The notes below the pieces were generated by a model, which saw only the letters and a list, made by a program, of their open reading frames with translations, was not told the origin of the DNA and made no database searches. A DNA stretch of 64,000 nt from Leucoraja ocellata. Taxonomy: Eukaryota. The position numbers and the translations under genes were made by a program. The stretch spans positions 2,418,001 through 2,482,000 of the forward strand of contig JAWMAR010000253.1 of assembly GCA_036785375.1 (NCBI GenBank), read 5' to 3'. Numbering within the stretch: the stretch's first letter is position 1; the number at the start of each line of letters is the position of its first letter. Shown here piece after piece: positions 38,186-49,478 of this stretch.

Positions 38186-40030
38186 TAAGGAGAGAGGGGA
38201 AAGATTTAATAGGTGCATCACAAGCAATATTGTCACTCAGAAGGTGGAGGGTGTATGGAATGAGCTGCCAGAGGAGGCAGGTACTATTAACATTATTTAA
38301 AAGACACTTGGAGGTATACAGGCCAAACACGGGCAGATGGAACTAATGCAGCTGGGGCACGCTGGCCAGTGTGGGCAAGTTGGTCGAAGGTCCTGTTTCC
38401 ACGCTGTATCACTCTATAACTCTATCGACATGGGCCAAGGGAACTGGCTTAGATGCGGTATCTTGATCAGCATGGATGAGTTGGACCTAAGGGTTGCAGT
38501 GAAGAAAGCTAATGGCATGTTGGCCTTCACAACGAGAGGATTTGTATATTGGAGTAAAGAGGTCCTTGTGCAATTGCACAGGGCCCTGATGGGACCACAT
38601 CTGGAGTATTGTGTACAGTTTTGGTCTCCTCATTTGAGGAAGGACATCATTGCTATTGAGGTAGTGCAGCGTAGGTTCACGAGGTTAATCCCCGGGATGG
38701 CGGGACTGTCATATGAGGAAAGATTGGAAAGACTGGGCTTGTATTCACTGGAATCTAGAAGGATGAGAGGTAATCTTATAGAAACATGTAAAATTATAAA
38801 AGGACTGGACAAGCTAGATGCAGGAAAAATGTTCCCAATGTTGGCGGAGACCAGAACCAGGGGCCACAGTCTAGGAATAAAGTGGAGGCAGTTTAAAACT
38901 GAGATGAGAAAAAACGTTTTCACTGAGAGATTTGTGAATCTGAGGAATTCTCTTAGAGGCCAAATCACTGGATGAATTTAAAGAGAGTTAGATAGAGCGC
39001 TAGGGGTTGGCGGAATTAAGGGATATGGGGAGAAGGCAGGCACGGGTTATTGATTGTGGATGATCAGCCATGATCACAGTGAGTGAAGGGCCAAATGGTC
39101 TCCTCCTGCACCTATTTCCTATGTTTTCTATGTCTATGTTTTCTAAAGGCCTGTTTTGTACCTGTACGACTACATTCTTATTATCCCTCTCCCTGCTTAG
39201 TGTTTTGGCATCTGGAGCAGTTTTACTGCATAAGTCAATGTCTATTCATTGAGGGTGTTTACTCAAGAAACCACTGTGGCCCTTCCTCATTATAGTGGCA
39301 CGCAGTTTGGAAACAGGCCAGTTGACCGAACAAGTCCATGCTGACTCATCAAGCACCCATCTGTACTTTTCACATGTTATTCCCTGTCTAGGCAAATCGG
39401 GCACAGTGTTAGAGCTGCTGTCTCACAATGCCAGAAATGTTGATTCCCTGTACAGAGTTTGTACGTTCTTCCTTTGACCATGTGAGTCTTCTCCAAGTGC
39501 TTCAGTTTCCTCTCACACGCCAGAGATGTGTCTTTAGGTAAATTGTCCCTAGTGTGTAGGATAGTGCAAGTCTATGGCATGATTGCTGGTTGGCATGGAC
39601 TCGGTGGGCAGAAGGGCTTGTTTCTACGCTATATCCCTAAAGTCTAAAGATGTAGGAGGGAACTGCAGATGCTGGTTTAAACCAAAGATAGACACAAACT
39701 GCTGGAGTAACTCAGCAGGACAGGCAGCATCCCTGGAGGGAAGGAATGGGTGACATTTCATGTCGAGATTCTGGATTCTGATTCTGGATGATCAGCCTTG
39801 ATTATATTGAATTACGATGCTGGCTCGAAGGGCCGAATGGCCTACTCCTGCACCTAATTTCTATGTTTCTAAGATTATTCATTCAGAGCCTCATCTGTAT
39901 GGGTGGTGGAATACTCATGTGCCTGCTGCCCTTGTCCATTGGGGTTGGGATAACTCACTGCTGGGCTGGGAAGCTATGGACACCAACACCCCAGAGCTGA
40001 TGGCACTAATATCTTGTCCTTGTGTTTCAG

Positions 40031-40360
40031 GTCTGGGACAGACTGCTGGGAAACCAGGCACTCATCGCTTGGTGAATGGGACACTGGGACAGTCAGTCAC
40101 GTTACCAGGATATATGTCGAGAGAAAACATTTCAATCCTCACTTGGGATTATCGCAGTTCACCAACAACAGGAAAGATTCAATTATGTGCGAAAACTCAA
40201 AACAGTCCAATACAATATAATACACAGGGAATCAGGTTAAACCTGAAGGACTGTAGTCTGGAAATACAGAAATTAACAGAACACGATCAAGGTCTCTATG
40301 AAATGAACTTCAGGACGAATCGAGCTGTCGATGAACAAGTGACAGAACTGAAGATTTATG
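40031..40360 (+). CDS. CD2/SLAM-family receptor, copy B: IgV exon (330 nt)
   Basis: Same splice sites as copy A, open frame, 20 of 110 residues differ from copy A (hand alignment). Confidence 0.9.
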
Positions 40361-40709
40361 GTAATCTATTTCAATTTTATAAACGGTACATTTTCCAATC
40401 TAACAACCTTTAAGAACATAAAGATGTATGGGGAGATGCTTACGATGTGAGTCCAAGTGTGTGGGTTATACGGGCAGGGTGAATACTGAAACATTACATG
40501 GGTTGGAGTCCTTGCTTATTTAGGAACCCATCCTCAGTATTTGCTGTTTGAATATTAATGGTGGAGCACTAGGATGGGTTCTTGAATGGAGGTCTCTCCA
40601 AGCCATCTGACTTCCCTGTAAGATGATAGGGGCCACAGGCATTAAACTTTCTCTGCTAATAACGAGTTTACTTGTGATCTAGTTTTGGTGGCAAAGTGTA
40701 ACCTGGACT

Positions 40710-40750
40710 ATCCAAAAATGGAATCAAATCCCTTGCCGATTACCAGAAAG

Positions 40751-40781
<31 letters not shown>

Positions 40782-42430
40782 AGACAACGCCTCCCTGACG
40801 AGCTAAACCATTTCTATGCTCGTATTGACCAGGACAACAAAACTCCAGCCATCAAAGTTGCTCCACCCCCGAATGAACAACCCCTCAGTCTCTCCACCTC
40901 TGCTGTACAAGATGCACTGAGCAAGGTGAATGAGCACAAAGCTGCCGGCCCCAATGGCATCCCCGGGCGGGTGCTCAGGGCATGTGCTGGACAACTATCC
41001 CTGGTCTTCACTGACATTTTCAATCTGTCACTGGCCCAGGGCGTTGTCCCCACTTGCCTCAAGACATCAACCATTGTGCCAGTGCCCAAACAATCAGCTA
41101 CAGGGAGTCTCAATGACTTCCGCCGAGTGGCACTCACCCTTGTCATTGCTCAGTGCTTTGAGCGGCTGATCTTGGCTCACCTCAAAGCCAGCTTCCCCCC
41201 CACACTGGACCCCCATCGGTTTGCCTACCGGACCAACAGGTCTACAGAGGACACCATATCGGCGGCCCTACACTCTGCCCTGACCCACCTGGACAGCAAT
41301 AACACCTACATCAGGTTGCTGTTTATTGATTTCAGCTCTGCCTTTAACACTGTCATCCCCGCCAGCTTGATCACCAAACTCAGCGGACTTGGCATCTCCA
41401 CCTCCCTCTGCAATTGGACACTGGATTTCCTCACCAACAGACCGCAGTCTGTTAGGATCAACAACCTCACCTCCTCCACTATAACACTGAACACCGGCGT
41501 GCCTCAGGGCTGTGTGCTCAGCCCTCTCCTCTACTCCCTCTTCACCCATGACTGCATCCCTAAGGATGGATCCAACGCCATAATTAAATTTGCCGACGAC
41601 ACCATGGTAGTAGGACTGATCAGTGACAACGACTAGTCAGCCTACAGGGAGGAGGTCCAGCACCTGACAGCCTGGTGTGCCAACAATAACCTCGTCCTCA
41701 ACTCCAAGAAGACGAAGGAAATTATTGTCGACTTCAGGAAGATCAGAGAGGGCAGTCATACCCCCATCCATATAAACGGGACTGAGGTGGAGCGCGTCTC
41801 CAACTACAAATTCCTCGGGGTACACATCTCGGAGGATCTGTCCTGGTCCCTCAACACCTCCAAGCTGATCAAAAAGGCGCAGCAGCGCCTTTACTTCCTG
41901 AGGAGGCTCAAGAAAGCTCGCCTGTCCCCCCCAGATCCTGAACAACTTTTACCGCTGTACCATCGAAAGCATCCTGGCCACCTGCTTCACAGTATGGTAC
42001 AGCAGTTGCACCGTAGCTGACAGGAAGGCACTACAACGGGTGGTGAAAACCGCTCAGTACATCATTGGTGCCCCGCTCCCTGCCATGGATGCCCTCCACC
42101 GAAAACGGTGTCTGAGACAGGCCGGGAAGATCATCAAAGTCCCCTCACACCCCAACCATGGACTGTTTGCCCTCCTCTCATCAGTAAGGCGGTACAGGAG
42201 CCTCAGGTCTCGTACTAGTAGGATGAGGAACAGCTTCTACAACAACACTATCACATTGCTGAACTCGGAGTCCCGCCGATAGATTTCTCCAGTCTCTCCG
42301 TCCACATTGTTTGCTTATTCTGTATTTTTATTTCTATATTGCACTATTACTACGGACTGCCGCTAAACTGCATTTCGTTGTACCCATACTTGTATTTGTG
42401 GAATGACATTAAAGTTGAATTGAATTGAAT
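40710..42430 (+). mobile_element. Rex1/Babar-clade LINE, 5'-truncated, right-arm specific (in the IgV-IgC2 intron)
   Basis: [12 protein letters not shown]...FTDIFNLSL...[11 protein letters not shown]...[10 protein letters not shown]...KFADDT; (TTGAA)n tail; stop at 41634. Confidence 0.9.
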
Positions 42431-42696
42431 TGTAAACTCTCAGGAAGGATTTTGCACTAAAACTACGGGTGTTTGTACAGAGTTTGTAAATTGTCCGTAG
42501 TGTGTAGGATAGTGCTCGTGTGCGGGGATCGCTGGGCGGCGAGGACTCAGTGGGCCAAAGGGCTTGTTTCCATGCAGTATCTCTAAACTAAACTAAAGAA
42601 TCTTCTACGCTTAATGTTCTTGTGGGGAAACTCATGGCTAGCAGCTTCTGGTTGATATTATTCCATGGCTTGTATTTGTGCTTTTCTTTGAAACAG

Positions 42697-42987
42697 AACG
42701 AGTGTCATCACCAGTAATAACTATCAGTGAAGCCTTCACCGAAGGGGTGTGTAACGTTAGCTTGGTGTGTTCACTGGAGCACGGCACCGAGCCAGTGTAC
42801 ACTTGGTGGTCAGGAGATGGCAAGGTCACGGCAGATGGGTCGCACATACTGACTGATGAAGGGAGAAGGCTGGCACTCTCCATACCTCTACCCAACACCA
42901 ACAGCGTGTACAACTGCACCGTGGGGAACCCTGTTAGTGAGGAGACGCGGAGCGTGGATCTAACACAGCTCTGTCCTGCCCATGAAG
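42697..42987 (+). CDS. CD2/SLAM-family receptor, copy B: IgC2 exon (291 nt)
   Basis: aaacag|AACGAGTG ... GAAG|gtttgt; 6 of 97 residues differ from copy A. Confidence 0.92.
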
Positions 42988-43392
42988 GTTTGTGGCTTTA
43001 TCTTTTCATTCTAAGCAAACTATTCAGTGACAATCAAGGTTTTTAATTTCCTTTCTTTCCAAGTCAAACTCCCTATAGATCAGGTCAGGTCATAAATGGA
43101 TCAATGGTTTACAGGAATGTGAAGTCTTGAGTGTAAACCTACAATGTTTCCTTTGCTATTTCATTCCAACTGATCCTATCTGTGAATTAGTCAGTGTTTG
43201 GCTGTAAGGGACGGGAATCATTCAAGTTCAACAACACTGATGTCACTAGAATTACTATTTATATTTGAGGAAATCTCTCTCTACCACCATTATTTCTTGA
43301 TTGTACCATTGATGAATGTTTAATTATACTGGTTCTCACAACCTGGTGCAACCAGGGTGGTTTGGTGGCACAGGGGAAGTGTTGCTGCCTAA

Positions 43393-45768
43393 TAGGCCTT
43401 TCTCACGGGGCGACTTGACGCAACCAGAGTGAAGTGGTCGTGGTCTAGCACGATATCACACGATATAACGGGGGGGGGTAGACAAAGAGTTCCCACGGTA
43501 CTCGGCATTTCTGTTATTTGTGCGAGTGACTTGTCCGTCTCCCGAGCTTTCCCATTAAATCTTGAATGAGCATTGTAAACTGTCAAGTGTAATTAAATCA
43601 TCACGTGGCACAAATGATGTCACTTTTTTTTCACACACTATAAATATCCTCCCTTGGTTGAATTGGCTCATTTGGAGACATGCCTGGGAGGGGGAGAAAG
43701 AGAGAGGTGGGGGAGGGGGAGAAAGAGAGGGGTGGGGGGGAGAGAGAGAAATGAGGGGAGACATATATACACACACAAAGCAGAGTACACAGATGGACTG
43801 AGCACAGTACCTCGGTCTTACTGTGTGTGGGAGAGGGGGAGAAAGAGACGTACACTCACAGAGGCAGAGGGTGGGCGAGGGAGAGGGAGAGAGTGTAAGT
43901 TACCTAAAATTAAATAATTCAATGTTCATAGTGAACACAGACACAAAATGTTGGAGTATCTCAACGGGTCAGGCAACATCTCTAGAGAAAATGCACAGGT
44001 GGCGTTTGTGTCTATCTTCGGTAAAAACCAGCATCCGCAGTTCCTTCCTGCACAATGGATCTCAGTGTCAAGTCTCTGACTCCCGTTGGCAGGCCATTCG
44101 GCCCACAGCCCGCCCAGCGATGACTAACCCATGTCACAGGGGGATGGTGTGAAGGCGGAGTTAGACAGAGCTTGATTAATGTTACGGTTGGGGAATGGGC
44201 CATAATATGGCCAGGGAAACGTTGTTATTCGTGACGCCCCCTCCGCCCTTTCCCAGCTGTTCTCAATCGCACCCCTGGCCACACAAAAATTTATACTTTA
44301 AGAAGGAATACACGGAACATTTAAACTCAGAACGCTTCTAACAGAGTGAGCCATGTGAGCACTTTGATCATTCTCCCTGTATTTGCATTTGACAAAATAG
44401 TCGGAAAAAAATGTTTAAAAGTGTTCATACCTTTTGCTATGCCTAATTGGCCCTTACCTCTGCGAAAATAGTCTGATATTCGTAGGTGAAATGTCACCAA
44501 CAATAATTGATTCTATTATTAATTGACTAATAATTTACTCTATTAGCGGAAAGATGCAATTCTGATCTAATATTATAAGTGCCTCTGTCTTTGGAAGCAA
44601 CACCAGCAATTTATTAAATCTGACTACATGCGGCACAGTGGTAGAGTTGCTGCCTCACAGCCCCAGAGACCGGGGTTCGATCCTGACCATGGGTGCACCG
44701 GTTTCCTCTCACACTCCAGAGATTACAGGTTTGTAAGTTAATCAGCTTCGGTAACATTGTAAAATTGTCCCTGGATTGTATAAGAATAGGTGGTCGGCGC
44801 GGACTCGGTGGGCCGAAGGGCCTGTTTCCGCGCTATATCTCTAAAATCTGAAGTTAGGTAATGTCTAAAGGAACTGCAGATGCTGGTTAATACGCACAAA
44901 AGGACACAAAATGTTGGTGTAACTCAGCAGGTAAGTCAGATCTGGGAAGGAAAACATAAAAAGCTGGAGTAAGTCAGCGGGTCAGGCAGCATCTCTGGAG
45001 AAAAAGAATAGGTGGCGATTCGAATCGGAACCCTCCTTCAGACATCCTAATCGGAATTGAGTCTGAAGATGTGTCTTGTCCCGAAACATCACCTATTTTT
45101 CTCCAGAGATGCTGCTTGACTCGCTGAGTTACTCCAGCTTTTGTGTCTGTCTTCGTTTCAAACCAGCATGTGCAGTTCACTCCTTTACACGGGTCTCTGG
45201 AGAACATTGATTGGTAGCGTTCCGGACACTGCTTCGGAAAGGCATCGATCGCTGGTCGGCGAGGACTCCAAGCTGTATCTCTCAAAGAAGTACATGTGAA
45301 AAATTTCTCACGGACCATAAAAATGCGGGACCTTTCAGTAAAGTCCCTTTTAAAGATTATAGTTATTTTCTTGAATCTCATTAACATAACTCATGCATAA
45401 ATTGATGTCCATATGCGGATGCAAATCTTTATTTTTTTTAATTCAATCCCACAGAAGACAATTTTTCCTCACCTGTCCCCTCTGTCCAGCTTCCGGGTTC
45501 ACCGTTCCCACGGTACACGCAAGAGTTATTACGAATATCGCACCGGCCACTACGTGCATATAATGTTGCAATGTTCAACCACAAGTGTACAAGTCACTCT
45601 TGGAGAAATTCAAGCTTGTTTGAATTTTCTCCCGAGTCACCAAGTTACACGAGTACCTGCCGTTAGTGCCACGGTGGTCCACGAATGCCGTACGGTTATC
45701 GCAAGAGGTTCCCACGATGTTCAACTCTAGTTAACTCTTGCGTCAAGTCGTCCCGTGAGAAAGGGGTT
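43393..45768. mobile_element. PIF/Harbinger-type non-autonomous element, right-arm specific
   Basis: ~30-bp TIR ..CCTTTCTCACGGGRCGACTTGACGCAA, TAA duplication, splits a SINE head. Confidence 0.8.
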
Positions 45769-46617
45769 TAACAGTGCTAGAGACTCGGGTTCGGTCCTGA
45801 CTACGGGTATTGTCTGTACGGAGTTTGTACGTTCACCCCGTGACGTGTATGTGTTTTTCCTGGGTGCTCTGGTAACCGGCAAAGCCTGTTTGTATGTTAA
45901 TTTGGCTTCAGTAAAAATTGTAAATTGTCCCTGGAGTGTAGGATAGCGCTGGTGTACGGAGATTATTGGTCGGCACCGGTGCACCGAAGGGCTTGTTTCC
46001 CGTGCTGTATCTCCAAACTAAACTACACTAATGTATATGAAGCTCAAAAAGTGTTGGGAAGAGCATTGAATATTTTATGCCACTGGGCAAAATGTCAGCA
46101 GCCTTTAAGATGATTTTTCCATTGGCAGACGTTTCCAGGGCTAGAGGATAGATACTGGGCATAAGGCACAAGTGATGGGAGAGAACTTTTTTTGTACCAA
46201 ATGATTATCATTTGGAACTAATAGCTTTTTAATTTAATTTAGTTTAGAGATACAGCACGGAAAAGGCCCTTCGGCCCACTATGTCTGTATCGACCAGCGA
46301 TCCCTAGTCTAACTTCTGAGAAAGGTGAATTGTTGGTGACACTGGATTGGTTATGTCACAGTCAGACTCGGAGATCTGGTAATGAGAATCTGTCACGCTA
46401 GCTTGCAGGACAGTTTCCCTTATCAAGAACTGCTTTTTACTGACTTCATGCTTTCAAATTAGTGATTTTATCATTTCTCGAGTTCAGAGCTGGGGTTGAA
46501 ATAATATCTCTGTAATTCGCCAACTGACTTTTCCACCTTCAAATGCAGAATGTTTATTCCGCTTGCCTTGAACTCGACCAAAATTAGCCACGAGAAATTA
46601 ACTAAGAGGACAAAGAG

Positions 46618-46930
46618 GGCAGCACAGTGGCGCAGCGGTAGAGTTGCTGCCTTATAGCGCCAGAGAGCCGGATTCAATCCTGACTACAGTGCTGTCTGTA
46701 TGGAGTTTGCACGTTCTCACTGTGACCGCATGAGTTTTCTTTGGGTGATCTGGTTTCCTCCCAAGACGTGCAAGTTTATAGGTTAAATGGCTTTAAGTTG
46801 ATTGTAAATTGTCCCTAGTGTGTAGGATAGTGCTAGTGTATGTGGTGATCGCTGATTGGCACAGGTTTGGTGGGCCTAAAGGCCTGTTTCCATGCTGTAT
46901 GTCTAAAGTCCAATGTAAAGTCTAAATTAA
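46618..46930 (+). mobile_element. HE1-type tRNA-derived V-SINE (representative; other copies ~5524-5817, 6030-6333, 6922-7192, 10430-10570, 11675-11925, 16895-17060, 44630-44845, 45772-46025, 47134-47435, 54748-54870, 63155-63925)
   Basis: A box CAGTGGCGCAGCGG, B box GGATTCAATCC, central TTTGCACGTTCTC...GGTTTCCTCCC domain, CR1-like tail GGCCTGTTTCC..GCTGTAT.TCTAAA. Confidence 0.85.
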
Positions 46931-47665
46931 ATTTTCTTTTGGATTTATTCAGCCGGAGTGTGAATTAGTAAAAATAATCTAAATAAAAAACAGTGAAGGG
47001 ACAGATTTGCCGAATCTTTGATATGGAATTGTTCAATACACTGTAAAAACCAGTTATAATCTGACAGACAAAATGTAGAAGCAAAGAGCTGCAGATTCTG
47101 GTTTACAAAGAAAGATACAAAGTGCTGGATGGTTGGCACGGTGGCCTAGCAGCAGAGTTGCTGCCTCACAGCCCCAGAGGCTCAGGTGCGATCCTGACTA
47201 TGGGTGCTTATCTGTACACAGTTTGTATGTTCTCCCTGTGACCTGAGTGCGTTTTCTCCAGGATCTCTGGTTTCCTCCCACATTCCAAATATGCATTGAT
47301 TTGTAGGTTAATTGGCTTGGTATAATTGTAAATTGTGTGGGGGATAGTGTTAGTGTGCAGGGGGTCGCTGGTCAGTACGGACTCATTGGGTCGAAGGGCC
47401 TGTTTCCCCGCTGTATGTCTAAACTAAACTAAACCCAGTGGGTCAGGCAGCATCCCTGTAGAACATAGATAGGTGACTTTTAGTGTGGGGACCCTTCAGG
47501 CTGCAATCTTGATCTTGCAGGTCTCCTTAAGAACAGTTTCTTCATAGTAATCATCATAATCATATTTTATTAGCCAAGTATGTTTTGCAACAAATGAGGA
47601 ATTTGATTTGCCAGAGAGTCATATAAATAAAAAGCAACAAAACACATCTTAACATAAACATCCAC

Positions 47666-48696
47666 TAGCAATGTTACAAAATTTTGAGATTTTAAAAATC
47701 AAGTCTGCAATTTATCCCATCAGATAAAGCACAAAAATAAGTTTAATTTGACACCAAATTCACTTTCATATCTTCAGTATTAAAACAGTTATGGCCATTT
47801 TCATACTCGGAAATTAGCATCTTGTTCCCTATTGATTTTCCATTGACTTAACACAAAAGCTGTGATCGAGGACAGTCAAATGGCCATAACTTTCTTAAAA
47901 ATTGAGAATTGAAAGGAAATGTCAGTTATTATAGATTGAAGCATTCTGAAACAAATATGAAACAATCTTACTTGGATGACCTGAAATTAAAACATATATT
48001 TAGTTAGTTACCCAATTGTAGCTAATTCCAAACTTCAATTACTAGATCTAAACATCTATCCATTTCTTAAGAAAAGATTAACATTTTTAAATAGCCTAAG
48101 TGTCCAAATAACAATCACAAAGAATTCACAATAAAACATGATTTTTAAATCTAATTTACATTAATTTATAGGCCAAGTGGAAGGAATTTAGTGTTCAATT
48201 GCTGTAAATTAATGGCCATTTAAATCAGCTTTCGAGTGGGATCCTGTGGAATTCGCTGGTTTGGAACGTTCCCATTGCGGTAGATTTGTAGCCCCATATG
48301 CCCAGAAAAATACTGCGGGATTTAATGGGGCTATTCGCAACATAAAATTTTGTATAAAGGGATCTTAAGAAGCCCTTTTTAATGTAAAAATAAACAAACT
48401 ACCTTCCGTTGTCCCCGGTATGAGATCCATCCCGTTGTCGGCGGTCGCTGGTTTAGAGGATAATTTTTAACCTACTATAACAATTAAATTAACCAATTAT
48501 GTTTAAAAATAGCTCCAGTGAAAGAATCTCCCAGCGATTTTTTTGTCAGCAACTAAGTAGGCTAAACAACCTAGATTTGAATAGCCTAGGGAGAATCTCG
48601 TTTTAAACCCGCCCCCCTCTCAACGGCGCCAAAATCACGCACACGGGCTGGGACAGATCTGCAGCCCCGCTCAAGGTAGGTTTTGCAACATACCTA
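47666..48696. mobile_element. Non-autonomous hAT-like DNA transposon, right-arm copy
   Basis: As for 4264-5285. Confidence 0.8.
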
Positions 48697-49354
48697 CATC
48701 CACCACAGTGACTCCTCCACATTCCTCACTGTGATTGAAGACGAAAAATGAATTAATTCTCTTCCCTTCTTTGTTCTATTGTGGTCGGGGGGCCTTAAGA
48801 CTTCCGTTGTCGGGGCGATCTTGGCTCCCATAACCAGTGGTTGGGCACTCCGTGTCGGGTGATCGAGCTCCCACATCGGGGGGGATCTCAGCTTACCCGC
48901 TGGTCAACCCTCTTATGACTTTGGAGCTTCCCGACATCAGACTCTACCCGGGACTGCGAGCTCCTCGATGCTCCTCCACACAAGGGATCACAGGCTCCGA
49001 TGGTAAGTCCACGGCCCCGCGTTGGGGCTCAAAGTCAAAGTCACTCGAGCAAGGCCGCCAGCTCCATGATGTTGGGCCGCAGAGCGACCGGAGATACGAT
49101 CCGGAAAACAATCGCATCTCCGGCAAGGTAAGAGACTGAAAAAATGTTTCCCCCGACACCCTCCCTCATCCGCACATAAAACAAACCAGAGAACACACAT
49201 ACTTTGAAAACACACTAAAAATAACAAATGAAAGATGAAAAGACGGCACACCAGTGCATTCAGCTGCATTTCTCATTTTTGAGCAAAGTACATTTTATAT
49301 TTCTCTGCATTAACGCACTAATGCAATCACAGTTGAATGTTGATCCTTTTTCAG

Positions 49355-49478
49355 GTGTCCAGCAACAGCAAGCACTCCATATTGGCTTGATTACTGCGGC
49401 AATTGTGGTGGGAGCTATCATCTTAGCTAGCATTGGCTGCATGTATTACAAGAAAAAACCAAACCACGATGAAGGCAG
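49355..49478 (+). CDS. CD2/SLAM-family receptor, copy B: transmembrane exon
   Basis: tttcag|GTGTCCAG; GVQQQQALHIGLITAAIVVGAIILASIGCMYYKKKPNHDEG; 9-nt in-frame indel relative to copy A. Confidence 0.82.

Noticed and set aside
39070-39252. Signal-peptide-like ORF (TTFLLSLSLLSVLASGA) upstream of IgV, mirrored at 12070-12252
   Set aside because: The start codons come from the CR1 tail and there is no credible phase-1 GT donor.
39899-40030. MGGGILMCLLPLSI.. or MALISCPCVSG as the leader
   Set aside because: The first has no phase-1 donor; the second runs through a clear splice acceptor and is weakly hydrophobic.
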